Positions 47,825 to 56,470 of a stretch of 64,000 bases of DNA are shown in pieces; position 1 is the stretch's first letter, and the number at the start of each line of letters is the position of its first letter. The position numbers and the translations under genes are program-made. The notes beneath the pieces are model-generated. The model saw only the letters and a list, made by a program, of their open reading frames with translations. It searched no databases and was not told where the DNA came from. The stretch lies in assembly GCA_903873995.1 (NCBI GenBank), contig CAIQQQ010000344.1, positions 22,826 through 86,825 on the forward strand, given 5' to 3'. This stretch comes from an uncultured Rhodospirillales bacterium. GTDB lineage: Bacteria; Pseudomonadota; Alphaproteobacteria; Acetobacterales; Acetobacteraceae.

Positions 47825-49132
47825 TTAGTAACGATAGAGCTCGTGCTTGAACGGCCCGGAAACTGGCGAGCCGATATACTCGGCCTGCTTCGGCGAGAGC
47901 TTGGTCAGCTTGGCGCCGACCTTTTCGAGGTGCAGAGCGGCGACCTTTTCGTCGAGGTGCTTCGGCAGCGTGTAGACCTTGTTCTCATACTTGCCGGCCG
48001 GCGCTGTCCAAAGCTCGAGCTGCGCAAGAACTTGGTTCGTGAAGCTGGCGGACATCACGAAGCTCGGATGACCGGTGGCATTCCCGAGGTTCACCAAGCG
48101 GCCTTCGGACAGCACGATGAGCCGCTTGCCGTCTGGGAAAACGACTTCGTCCACCTGCGGCTTGACGTTCTCCCACTTGTAGTTACGCAGCGCCTCGATC
48201 TGGATCTCGCTGTCGAAGTGACCAATGTTCGCAACGATCGCGCGGTTCTTCATCTTGCGCATGTCGTCGATGGTGATCACGTCGACGTTCCCGGTCGCCG
48301 TGATGAAGATGTCGCCGCGGTGGGCGGCATCTTCGAGGGTCACCACCTCATAGCCTTCCATGGCGGCTTGCAACGCGCAGATCGGATCGATCTCGGTCAC
48401 CAGAACGCGGCAACCGGCGTTGCGGAGCGACGCTGCCGACCCTTTGCCGACATCGCCGAAGCCGCAGACCACGGCAACCTTGCCGGCCATCATCACGTCC
48501 GTGCCGCGGCGGATCGCGTCCACGAGGCTCTCACGGCAGCCGTAAAGGTTATCGAACTTCGACTTGGTCACACTGTCGTTGACGTTGATCGCCGGCACAT
48601 GGAGCTTGCCCGTCTTGGCCATTTCCCACAGACGGTGCACACCAGTCATGGTCTCTTCCGAGAGGCCCTTCACCGTGGCGAGCATCTCCGGGTATTTGTC
48701 ATGCATAATCGCGGTAACGTCACCGCCGTCGTCGAGGATCATGTTCGGCGTCCAGCCATCGGGGCCACGCAAGGTCTGCTCGATGCAGTACCAAAATTCC
48801 TCTTCCGACATTCCTTTCCAAGCGAATACTGGCGTTCCGGCCGCGGCGATCGCAGCAGCGGCGTGATCTTGGGTCGAGAAGATATTGCAGGATGACCAAC
48901 GGACAGTCGCGCCGAGGTGCTCGAGGGTCTGGATCAGAACAGCCGTTTGGATGGTCATATGCAGGCAACCAACGATACGGGCGCCAGCAAGCGGACGGGT
49001 ATTGCCGTATTCGGTGCGCAGCGCCATCAGGCCGGGCATCTCATCCTCAGCCATCGCGATCTCCTTCTGTCCCCATTCGGCGAGAGAGATGTCACGAACC
49101 TTGTAGTCATGGGCGATCACGGTATCAGGCAT
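47825..49132 (-). CDS. ahcY: Adenosylhomocysteinase
   Basis: '[27 protein letters not shown]', 'GFGDVGKG', and C-terminal '[10 protein letters not shown]'. Start at MPDTV. Confidence 0.93.
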   Translation of the reverse strand: MPDTVIAHDYKVRDISLAEWGQKEIAMAEDEMPGLMALRTEYGNTRPLAGARIVGCLHMTIQTAVLIQTLEHLGATVRWSSCNIFSTQDHAAAAIAAAGTPVFAWKGMSEEEFWYCIEQTLRGPDGWTPNMILDDGGDVTAIMHDKYPEMLATVKGLSEETMTGVHRLWEMAKTGKLHVPAINVNDSVTKSKFDNLYGCRESLVDAIRRGTDVMMAGKVAVVCGFGDVGKGSAASLRNAGCRVLVTEIDPICALQAAMEGYEVVTLEDAAHRGDIFITATGNVDVITIDDMRKMKNRAIVANIGHFDSEIQIEALRNYKWENVKPQVDEVVFPDGKRLIVLSEGRLVNLGNATGHPSFVMSASFTNQVLAQLELWTAPAGKYENKVYTLPKHLDEKVAALHLEKVGAKLTKLSPKQAEYIGSPVSGPFKHELYRY

Positions 49133-49212
49133 GGGGCGGTCCTTCGATTTGCTGTGCGCGGTATATAAGGATATCTGCATGTGCGCAAATCGCTCGACTC
49201 AAAGAGTCGAAT

Positions 49213-49249
49213 GCGAAAAGGCGTCACCGCCTTTGGAGCGGTGACGCCT
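49213..49249 (-). terminator. Intrinsic terminator downstream of rho
   Basis: On the minus strand: AAGGCGTCACCGC-TCCAAAG-GCGGTGACGCCTT followed by TTCG (run of 4 U). It lies 41 nt after the rho stop. Confidence 0.6.
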
Positions 49250-49289
49250 TGGCACCTGTTCGGATCTTAATCTTTCGAAACTTGATGCG

Positions 49290-50564
49290 TCAGGTATTCA
49301 TCGCATCAAAGAAGTCATTGTTGTTCTTGCTGTATTTGAGCTTGTCTAACAAGAAATCCATTGCGTCCATAGCGCCCATCGGATTGAGGATGCGGCGCAG
49401 GACCCACATTTTGGAGAGCGTGCCTTTATCTACCAGCAGCTCTTCTTTCCGGGTGCCAGACTTTGTAATATCCACGGCAGGAAAGGTGCGCTTGTCGGAC
49501 AGCTTGCGATCGAGAATGATCTCGCTGTTGCCTGTGCCCTTGAACTCTTCAAAGATCACCTCGTCCATGCGGCTTCCAGTGTCAATGAGGGCAGTTGCGA
49601 TGATCGTGAGCGATCCGCCTTCCTCAATGTTGCGCGCCGCGCCAAAGAAGCGCTTCGGACGTTGCAGGGCATTGGCGTCCACACCGCCCGTTAGCACCTT
49701 GCCAGAGGACGGCACGACCGTGTTGTAGGCACGGGCGAGGCGCGTGATGCTGTCTAGAAGGATAACGACATCGCGCTTGTGCTCAACCAGTCGCTTGGCC
49801 TTCTCAAGCACCATTTCCGTGACCTGGACGTGGCGTGTGGCTGGTTCATCGAAGGTCGAGGCCACAACCTCACCTTTCACGGTGCGAGCCATGTCGGTGA
49901 CTTCCTCCGGCCGTTCGTCAATCAGCAGCACAATGAGAAAGGCTTCGGGGTGGTTGGCTGAGATCGAGGTTGCGATCGATTGCAGCATAACCGTCTTGCC
50001 TGTCCGAGGCGGTGCCACGATGAGGGCGCGCTGGCCTTTGCCGATCGGCGCCACGAGGTCGATCACGCGGGGGATGTTATCCCGGGTGGAGCCCTTGGCC
50101 GGGAGCTCCTTCATTTCGATTTCCATCTTCAACCGCTGATCGGGATAAAGCGGTGTCAGGTTATCGAAATTAATCCGGTGTTTCACGGCTTCGGGCGGCT
50201 CGAAATTGATCGTGTTGACCTTGAGCATGGCGAAATATCGTTCGCCGTCTTTGGGTGCGCGGATCTGGCCTTCCACCGTGTCACCGGTGCGCAGGCCAAA
50301 GCGGCGGACCTGTGTTGGCGAAATGTAGATGTCATCCGGCCCGGGGAGATAGTTGCTCTGAGGGCTGCGCAGGAAGCCAAAGCCGTCAGAAAGGATTTCG
50401 AGCGTGCCCTCACCGTGGATAGCCTGATCGTTTTCGGCGAGGGTCTTGAGGATGGTGAACATCATGTCCTGCTTGCGCAGAGACGAAGCATTTTCGATGT
50501 TCAGGGATTCGGCGAAGCTGAGCAGATCCGCCGGGGATTTTGCCTTGAGTTCGGCAAGGTGCAT
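49290..50564 (-). CDS. rho: Transcription termination factor Rho
   Basis: 424 aa. '[15 protein letters not shown]', RNA-binding 'GFGFLR', Walker A 'PPRTGKT'. Confidence 0.95.
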   Translation of the reverse strand: MHLAELKAKSPADLLSFAESLNIENASSLRKQDMMFTILKTLAENDQAIHGEGTLEILSDGFGFLRSPQSNYLPGPDDIYISPTQVRRFGLRTGDTVEGQIRAPKDGERYFAMLKVNTINFEPPEAVKHRINFDNLTPLYPDQRLKMEIEMKELPAKGSTRDNIPRVIDLVAPIGKGQRALIVAPPRTGKTVMLQSIATSISANHPEAFLIVLLIDERPEEVTDMARTVKGEVVASTFDEPATRHVQVTEMVLEKAKRLVEHKRDVVILLDSITRLARAYNTVVPSSGKVLTGGVDANALQRPKRFFGAARNIEEGGSLTIIATALIDTGSRMDEVIFEEFKGTGNSEIILDRKLSDKRTFPAVDITKSGTRKEELLVDKGTLSKMWVLRRILNPMGAMDAMDFLLDKLKYSKNNNDFFDAMNT

Positions 50565-50792
50565 GAGGTGGCCTCAGGATGATGACGTATGGCTGAGCAA
50601 GCAAGACCGACTGGTCTTAGGCGTGGTCGTGTGGGAAGGGACGGTCTGCGGGGCGTTGATGCCAAGCCGCTTGGATGTCACGGGCCAGGAAGGCCAGCGG
50701 ACAAAGCCCCGCAAGAGGTGGGAAGATTGCGCCACGGTGGCCGCGCCGCAAAGCCTGCACAGTCGTTAGGCCTGAAGCCACGCCGCGTCAAG
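50565..50792 (-). promoter_or_regulatory. Long rho 5' leader with a C-rich/G-poor (rut-like) segment on the mRNA strand
   Basis: The plus strand at about 50630-50672 is strongly G-rich (GGCGTGGTCGTGTGGGAAGGGACGGTCTGCGGGGCG), so the rho mRNA there is C-rich. Confidence 0.35.
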
Positions 50793-50818
50793 GGCAGCCC
50801 CCGAGACTGAGGGCTGCC
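50793..50818 (-). terminator. Hairpin (GGCAGCCC/GGGCTGCC, 10-nt loop) just downstream of the GNAT gene
   Basis: Read directly. The U-tract is poor. Confidence 0.3.
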
Positions 50819-50826
50819 GGATTGGA

Positions 50827-51297
50827 TTAGGGGTGTGCCGGCCTCGAGATCAGCCTGATCAATTGCGTTTGCGGCCGATCAAACGGCACAAACCCGAACC
50901 GGGCGTAAAGCCCATGTGCATCATTCGTCGACAATGTCCAGCGCCGTACCGTAACCAGCTCCGGATGTTCCAACATTGCGGCCACCAGCGCTTGAGCGAG
51001 ACCGCGGCTGCGATGAGCCGCTAGAATAAAAAAAGTGTCAGACAGAGGAGCGGTGGTGGCGCGATCGGTCACGATTCGACCGAACCCTGCCAGATTTGTA
51101 TCCGGAGCGTAGAGCCCCAGAGAGAGGGAACCTGCAATGGCTGCTTCGGTGATCGTCCGGGGTCGTCCTTGCGCCCAGTAACTTTGCTCAGAGAGAAAGC
51201 CGTGGATCGCGTCTATGTCCAGTTCACGCTGGTCATCACTGATCCGGTAACCACTCACGAAGAGACGTGTGAATGCCATGTCGTCGCGCCCGATCAA
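50827..51297 (-). CDS. GNAT-family N-acetyltransferase
   Basis: 156 aa. 'RSRGLAQALVAAMLEH' acetyl-CoA-binding-like motif (R/Q-x-x-G-x-A). Confidence 0.7.
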   Translation of the reverse strand: MIGRDDMAFTRLFVSGYRISDDQRELDIDAIHGFLSEQSYWAQGRPRTITEAAIAGSLSLGLYAPDTNLAGFGRIVTDRATTAPLSDTFFILAAHRSRGLAQALVAAMLEHPELVTVRRWTLSTNDAHGLYARFGFVPFDRPQTQLIRLISRPAHP

Positions 51298-51750
51298 TCA
51301 GAACGGCTGCGCGATTGCCATGATGACGATGATGACCATCAGCACCGTCGGAACCTCATTGGCAAGGCGATAATATCGATGGGTCTTGGTATTGCGATCC
51401 TCAAGGAAAAGCTTCCGCCATTTCGAGCACGCTCCGTGAAAACCGGTCATCAGAATTACGCAGAGGAACTTCAGATGCCACCAGCCAGCCGTCCAATCGA
51501 TAGCGCCAGGAGTGAGGATAAGTAAAACTCCAAAAGTCCAGGTCGTGATCATTGCAGGGTTCATTATCTGCTTGAGTAGTCGCCGCTCCATGACCTTAAA
51601 TCGCTCACTTTCGACGCTGCCACGGGCAAGGCCACAGTGATACACATAAAGCCGAGGAAGATAGAAGAGCCCCGCCATCCATGCCATTACGGCAATAACG
51701 TGGAATGATTTGGTGTAGAGTAGAAAAGGGGCCAAAAGCGAGATGGTCAC
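51298..51750 (-). CDS. hemJ: Protoporphyrinogen IX oxidase HemJ
   Basis: 150 aa, four transmembrane segments. 'FHVIAVMAWMAGLFYLPRLYVYH' is the HemJ signature. Confidence 0.8.
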   Translation of the reverse strand: MTISLLAPFLLYTKSFHVIAVMAWMAGLFYLPRLYVYHCGLARGSVESERFKVMERRLLKQIMNPAMITTWTFGVLLILTPGAIDWTAGWWHLKFLCVILMTGFHGACSKWRKLFLEDRNTKTHRYYRLANEVPTVLMVIIVIMAIAQPF

Positions 51751-52433
51751 GCTGCTATCCTTTGAGCCAAGCTTACGTAGTGCGGTACATCAAACATGGA
51801 TCGAAACGGTATAGCACCAACCGCGACGAGCCTATCGCCATCATCATGCGGTGCAAAGCCAAGACATACCATCCCCGCAGCAACTGCTGCAGTCGCCCCG
51901 ACCGCGCTGTCTTCGATCACCAGACAGCGGTCGGGGGCAACACCCTCGGCAGCGGCAGCGGCCAGATAGACATCAGGCGCTGGTTTTCCGCGCGCAACGT
52001 CGCGATAGCTGTGAACACGACCGGTTACCCTATCTGTCAGGGCCAAGCGTGAAAACTTCACACCCATTTCTTCATGCGATGAGTTGGACGCAATGCGCCA
52101 TGCCATCGCCAAGCTGTCCAGACCATCCAGCGCTGCAATCGCGCCTGGGATCGCGGTTGCGTTGCGTGCGAGATCCGCTAGGAACTCTTGCATCATGGCG
52201 GCCCGCCAGCCGGGTGGAACGGAATGCCTGATCCTTGCTTCGATCACTGGGATCATGTCCGTAAGCGTCATGCCCAGAAAATGTTGGTCCGCCTCAGCCG
52301 GAGTCATCGGCCAACCAAGCCGTGTAATACAACGGGAAGTCACTCTATTCGCAATGCCCTCGCTGTCGACCAGGACTCCGTCGCAGTCGAAAATGACCAG
52401 TTCCACCGGAACAGTCCGGTTGATCAGCAGCAT
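51747..52433 (-). CDS. HAD-superfamily hydrolase (beta-phosphoglucomutase-like subfamily)
   Basis: 'VIFDCDGVLVDSE' motif I and 'VIEDSAVG' motif. The start is placed at MLLINRT, because the longer ORF would overlap the hemH 3' end. Confidence 0.75.
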   Translation of the reverse strand: MLLINRTVPVELVIFDCDGVLVDSEGIANRVTSRCITRLGWPMTPAEADQHFLGMTLTDMIPVIEARIRHSVPPGWRAAMMQEFLADLARNATAIPGAIAALDGLDSLAMAWRIASNSSHEEMGVKFSRLALTDRVTGRVHSYRDVARGKPAPDVYLAAAAAEGVAPDRCLVIEDSAVGATAAVAAGMVCLGFAPHDDGDRLVAVGAIPFRSMFDVPHYVSLAQRIAA

Positions 52434-52441
52434 TTCTGGCG

Positions 52442-53608
52442 TCACACAGCTTCGACCAGGTTCGCCACGGACACAGCCACATCTGGGGCGGGCGGTGCGG
52501 GCGCACCGGCGCGGGCGTGTGGACAGTCGGTATGTGGTTTGTAGCACGTGCGCGAGCCGGCAAAACTGCAGAGGCCTGTGCCGCGGTTGCGCGATCGGCG
52601 AACCAGGTCGGCAAGAGATTGGATAAAAGCAGGATCAGAATTCTGCACCGGTGCGCGGAAATAGGCTGGCACACCGTCTTCTTCGGCAAGCTCGCGATAT
52701 TCTATATCCAGTTCGACCAGCGTCTCGGAGTGATCTGACACGAACGCGATTGGCACGACGAGAAGTGCTACTTTTTCACGACCCGCGCGGGCGATCTCGT
52801 CCTCAGTCGAGGGACCGATCCATTTTTGCGGCGTTGCGCGAGACTGGTAGCATACAAGGTGTTCCATGTCCGAAACAGCCATCTGCCGCACCACGGCAGC
52901 AACCGTGCGTTCCACCTGGTGCTGGTAGGGGTCGCCGGCTGTGATGATGCTTTCCGGAAGCCCATGCGCTGAAAAAAGCACCCGCAGCGGGATTGCAGAG
53001 TCCAGTTCGGCGCGAGATTCAAGAAAGGATTTTCGCACGATCGCTGCAGTTGCTGCGACAAATGCAGGATCAGAATGGTAGCAGCAGATCGACGTGGTCG
53101 GTTTCACGAGCCCAACCGTTGCAGCAGCCTCGCGCCATGCGGTGAATGAACTGCCGGTCGTCGTCGTGGAATGCTGCGGATAGAGGGGCAGCAACACCAC
53201 CTCGTCCGGATCGAACGCCTTCACTTCTTGCGCCGTTTGCTCGCTGAATGGGTGCCAATAACGCATTGCGATAAAGCACCTGGCATCCAGATCCGGCAGC
53301 GACCGCTCCAGCGACACGGCCTGATCGATCGTGAGATCGAGCAACGGTGACTTGCCACCGAGCAGTGCATAGTTCGCGCTGGCCGGCTTCTTGCGAGCGA
53401 AGGCGATGATGCGCGCCAACAAAGGGCGAATGAACACCGGAACCCTCAGGATGGCTGGGTCCTTGAACAGATTGAGCAGGAACGGATAGACCGATTCCAT
53501 CTTATCCGGACCGCCCAGATTGAGCAGCACGATGGCCACGCGTGGTTTACGGCCAAGGGAGAGGGTGCTTGCGTTCATGACGGCAGAAGTGGCGAGCCGG
53601 CCGCTCAC
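52442..53608 (-). CDS. hemH: Ferrochelatase
   Basis: 'VAIVLLNLGGPD', 'MRYWHPF', 'FSAHGLP'. C-terminal Cys-rich tail. The start may be MNAST at 53578. Confidence 0.9.
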   Translation of the reverse strand: MSGRLATSAVMNASTLSLGRKPRVAIVLLNLGGPDKMESVYPFLLNLFKDPAILRVPVFIRPLLARIIAFARKKPASANYALLGGKSPLLDLTIDQAVSLERSLPDLDARCFIAMRYWHPFSEQTAQEVKAFDPDEVVLLPLYPQHSTTTTGSSFTAWREAAATVGLVKPTTSICCYHSDPAFVAATAAIVRKSFLESRAELDSAIPLRVLFSAHGLPESIITAGDPYQHQVERTVAAVVRQMAVSDMEHLVCYQSRATPQKWIGPSTEDEIARAGREKVALLVVPIAFVSDHSETLVELDIEYRELAEEDGVPAYFRAPVQNSDPAFIQSLADLVRRSRNRGTGLCSFAGSRTCYKPHTDCPHARAGAPAPPAPDVAVSVANLVEAV

Positions 53609-53639
53609 GTCAAGCTTCTTGGTGACTGGCCTCGTTAGG

Positions 53640-54674
53640 TCAGGCCGAACGTATCTGTGCGATCAGCTCGGCGACATGCTCTGGCGGCGTCTGTGGTAGA
53701 ATGCCATGACCGAGATTAAAGATATGCGGCCGACCACGCATCGCCTGCAGCAACATGTCAGCCTCCTCCCGCAAGGCGGCTCCGCCTGCTACCAACGCAA
53801 GGGGATCCAGGTTGCCCTGTATCGCCATATCGGCCGGGATCATACCGGCCGCCAGGGACGGCTCGGCCGACGTGTCCAGCGCCACAGCATTCACGCCGGT
53901 CTGGTGCGCATATTCACCAAGCATCATTCCAGACAGGCGGGGAAACCCGATGATCGGCGTGTTCGGGAACCGAGCTTTGAGCTGGGCGGCAATTCGGGCG
54001 GCCGGTGCGATGACGTGGGTTCGAAACAACCGCGGCGATAAGATCCCGTCCCAGCTGCCGAACAGCATCGCCACTTCAGCGCCTGCCAGGATCTGCGCCG
54101 AAAGATAGGTAATGGTGGCCACCGTGATCTTTTCCATCAAATCGGCGAACACTTTTGGTTGGCCATGCGCCATCGCACGCACATGAGCAAACTCCTTCGA
54201 GCCACCACCCTCGATCATGTAGCATGCCACCGTGAACGGACTGCCGGCAAAGCCGATCAACGTGGTGTCTGGATGATGCTCGATCAGCGCCGCACGGACC
54301 TGCCTCACTGTCTCAAGGATCGGCCGGATCTCTCCCCGCACCCGGCCAACATCGAGTGCATCGACGCCGGCCTGGTCACGGATGGGCGGCAGGATCGGAC
54401 CTTCGCCAGCTTCAAACGCCAGGTCCTGGCCGAGGGCCCAGGGCAGCACGAGAATGTCGCTGAACAGGATCGCAGCATCCATGCCGAATCGCCGGACCGG
54501 TTGCAGCGTCACTTCGCAGGCTTTCTCCGGATTGGTCGCAAGATCCATGAATCCGGTGGTGGTGGCGCGAACAGCCCGATACTCCGGCAGGAAGCGTCCA
54601 GCCTGGCGCATCAGCCACACCGGCGGCGGCCAGACCGCTTCGCCCGTCAGCACCTGCATCACCTTCTTGGCCAT
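53640..54674 (-). CDS. hemE: Uroporphyrinogen decarboxylase
   Basis: 'PPVWLMRQAGRFLPEYR' UroD signature 1. 344 aa. Confidence 0.93.
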   Translation of the reverse strand: MAKKVMQVLTGEAVWPPPVWLMRQAGRFLPEYRAVRATTTGFMDLATNPEKACEVTLQPVRRFGMDAAILFSDILVLPWALGQDLAFEAGEGPILPPIRDQAGVDALDVGRVRGEIRPILETVRQVRAALIEHHPDTTLIGFAGSPFTVACYMIEGGGSKEFAHVRAMAHGQPKVFADLMEKITVATITYLSAQILAGAEVAMLFGSWDGILSPRLFRTHVIAPAARIAAQLKARFPNTPIIGFPRLSGMMLGEYAHQTGVNAVALDTSAEPSLAAGMIPADMAIQGNLDPLALVAGGAALREEADMLLQAMRGRPHIFNLGHGILPQTPPEHVAELIAQIRSA

Positions 54675-54695
54675 CGCGAGTCCCGTCCTTCGGTG

Positions 54696-54726
54696 CTCTT
54701 ATCTAAGATAAGATTAAAAGAGTCTT
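54696..54726. promoter_or_regulatory. AT-rich segment (possible DNA-unwinding element) with palindrome CTTATCT-A-AGATAAG (54698-54712)
   Basis: 8 G/C in 31 nt by hand count. Flanked or overlapped by GAGTC at 54678-54682 and 54720-54724. Confidence 0.4.
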
Positions 54727-54747
54727 GCAGGAGTAACAGAGGAACCC

Positions 54748-54756
54748 TGTGGATAG
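54748..54756 (-). promoter_or_regulatory. DnaA-box-like 9-mer CTATCCACA (8/9 to TTATCCACA)
   Basis: The plus strand reads TGTGGATAG. Confidence 0.55.
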
Positions 54757-54791
54757 CGGGGACCAAGCGTCACGTCCGGTTGACGCCCTGT

Positions 54792-54800
54792 TTGTCCACA
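54792..54800 (+). promoter_or_regulatory. DnaA-box-like 9-mer TTGTCCACA (8/9)
   Basis: Read directly. Confidence 0.55.
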
Positions 54801-54906
54801 TCAGGCCCGTTGTGCAAGTCCCTGACCCTGCGTTTGAACAGGCCAATGTCCCCATCCCGGAGTAGGGCCGGCAATGTTTCATCCCGATAACGGCAAAGTC
54901 ACATCG

Positions 54907-54915
54907 TTATCCCCG
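54907..54915 (+). promoter_or_regulatory. Weak DnaA-box-like 9-mer TTATCCCCG (7/9)
   Basis: Read directly. Part of the TTATCCCCGCT direct repeat. Confidence 0.35.
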
Positions 54916-54956
54916 CTCACCCGATGGCCGATAAACTGGTGACGTGAAATTCGCAC

Positions 54957-54965
54957 TTATCCCCG
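54957..54965 (+). promoter_or_regulatory. Weak DnaA-box-like 9-mer TTATCCCCG (7/9)
   Basis: Read directly. Second copy, 50 bp after the first. Confidence 0.35.
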
Positions 54966-54979
54966 CTATCATCAAAGAC

Positions 54980-55837
54980 ATGTCGAACCGCATCAATCTC
55001 CACCTCGTGTCGGACGCTACCGGCGAAACGCTGAACTCGATCGCACGGGCGACGGTGTCGCAGTTCGAACATGCCAGCATCGTCTACCACCGCTGGTCGC
55101 TGATCCGGACGCGGTTTCAGCTGCATCGTGTGCTCGAAGGTATCGAGGCCGAGCCAGGCCCTGTTTTGTCGACGTTGGTCGAGCGGGGTCTGCGAACCGA
55201 ACTGGAGACGGCCTGTGAGAGGTTCGGGGTGGCGATCGTTTCGGTGCTCGATCCGGTGATGGCGATGTTTCAGGAACAGCTCGGCGAGAAGGCCATTTCA
55301 CGTCCTGGCCGGCAATACGTTCTGGATGCTGACTATTTCCGACGCATCGACGCCATGCACTACGTGCTGGCCCATGATGACGGACAGGCCCAAGCAGGTA
55401 TCGCCGAGGCGGATGTGGTGCTGATCGGGGTATCGAGGAGTTCGAAGACCCCCACGTCATTCTATCTCGCCAATCGCGGCATCAAGGCGGCCAACATCCC
55501 GTTGGTGCCAGGCACGCAAGATCCGCCAGGATTGGAGAACCCAACCTGCCCCGTCGTCGGGCTGACCTTGGATTCAGATGCGCTGATCGAGATCCGCCGG
55601 CATCGCCTTCGGATGATCGGCGCCGGCCCGACGGCCGGGGTGGTGCGACAGGACACGGGTGTGTATGTCGACCACGAGGCCGTCAAAGCCGAACTGCTCT
55701 GGGCGCGCAGGCTCTGTACGCGCAGAGGGTGGCCGGTGATTGACGTGACACGGCGGTCAATTGAGGAGACCGCCGCCACGGTGATCACCCTGATGGAATC
55801 CTGGCATGATCGCCGCCGTAAGGCTGAGACGCCTTGA
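54980..55837 (+). CDS. PpsR-like kinase/phosphorylase (DUF299; RP001 homologue)
   Basis: '[14 protein letters not shown]' and P-loop-like '[11 protein letters not shown]'. The start is at ATG 54980, because the GTG 54944 extension would cover the repeat motifs. Confidence 0.85.
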   Translation: MSNRINLHLVSDATGETLNSIARATVSQFEHASIVYHRWSLIRTRFQLHRVLEGIEAEPGPVLSTLVERGLRTELETACERFGVAIVSVLDPVMAMFQEQLGEKAISRPGRQYVLDADYFRRIDAMHYVLAHDDGQAQAGIAEADVVLIGVSRSSKTPTSFYLANRGIKAANIPLVPGTQDPPGLENPTCPVVGLTLDSDALIEIRRHRLRMIGAGPTAGVVRQDTGVYVDHEAVKAELLWARRLCTRRGWPVIDVTRRSIEETAATVITLMESWHDRRRKAETP

Positions 55838-56457
55838 TGCTTCAGGATCCCGCGACCCGTCTGATCCTTGCCAGCCAGTCACCATCGCGCCGGGCCTTGA
55901 TGGCATCGACGGGGTTGGCATTCGAGACGGTGCCTGCGTGGATCGATGAAGCCGCGATCAAGGCAAGTGCCCAGGCCGAAGGTTGGCAGCCGGATGAATG
56001 CGCGGTTCATCTCGCGGAGTTGAAGGCAGCGCGTGTCGCACGCACGCATCCGGATGCCCTTGTCATTGGTGCTGACCAATTGCTGGTGTGTAATGGCGTA
56101 TGGTTCGAAAAGCCACAGACCGTCTCAGAGGCGCGGTCTCACCTCACCCTTCTGAGTGGCCAAGTTCATGATCTCGTGACCGCAATCGTGTGTTTTCAGG
56201 GCGGACATCGGGTCTGGCACGATATCGCAACGCCCAGGCTCCGGATGCGACAGCTCTCAGAAGCTCTGATCGACTGGTATATTGCGTCCGAGGGTGATGC
56301 CGTGACCACGACCGTCGGGGCCTATCGCATCGAAGGGCTGGGGCTTCATCTGTTTGACCAAATCACCGGCGCGCACTCAGCCATCTTAGGGATGCAAATG
56401 TTGCCCTTGCTGGGTTATCTCCGCCAAGCCCGGATTCTGGAGCCAGGACGACGATGA
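55837..56457 (+). CDS. maf: Maf-like nucleoside-triphosphate pyrophosphatase
   Basis: 'LILASQSPSRRALM' and 'GAYRIEGLG'. The ATG shares one nt with the upstream TGA. Confidence 0.85.
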   Translation: MLQDPATRLILASQSPSRRALMASTGLAFETVPAWIDEAAIKASAQAEGWQPDECAVHLAELKAARVARTHPDALVIGADQLLVCNGVWFEKPQTVSEARSHLTLLSGQVHDLVTAIVCFQGGHRVWHDIATPRLRMRQLSEALIDWYIASEGDAVTTTVGAYRIEGLGLHLFDQITGAHSAILGMQMLPLLGYLRQARILEPGRR

Positions 56458-56470
56458 CTCGATTTTCGGC

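Larger units (their letters stand above)
54675..54979. other. Candidate chromosomal origin of replication (oriC/Cori-type)
   Basis: Divergent hemE / RP001-homologue intergenic region. It contains DnaA-box-like 9-mers, a 31-bp stretch at 26% GC, two GANTC sites and repeated ATCCCCGCT motifs. Confidence 0.7.

Noticed and set aside
49133-49289. Possible SAH riboswitch upstream of ahcY
   Set aside because: After subtracting the rho terminator, only about 80 nt of leader remain, and I could not recognise the SAH-riboswitch pseudoknot consensus. A covariance-model scan (Rfam SAH_riboswitch) would settle the question.
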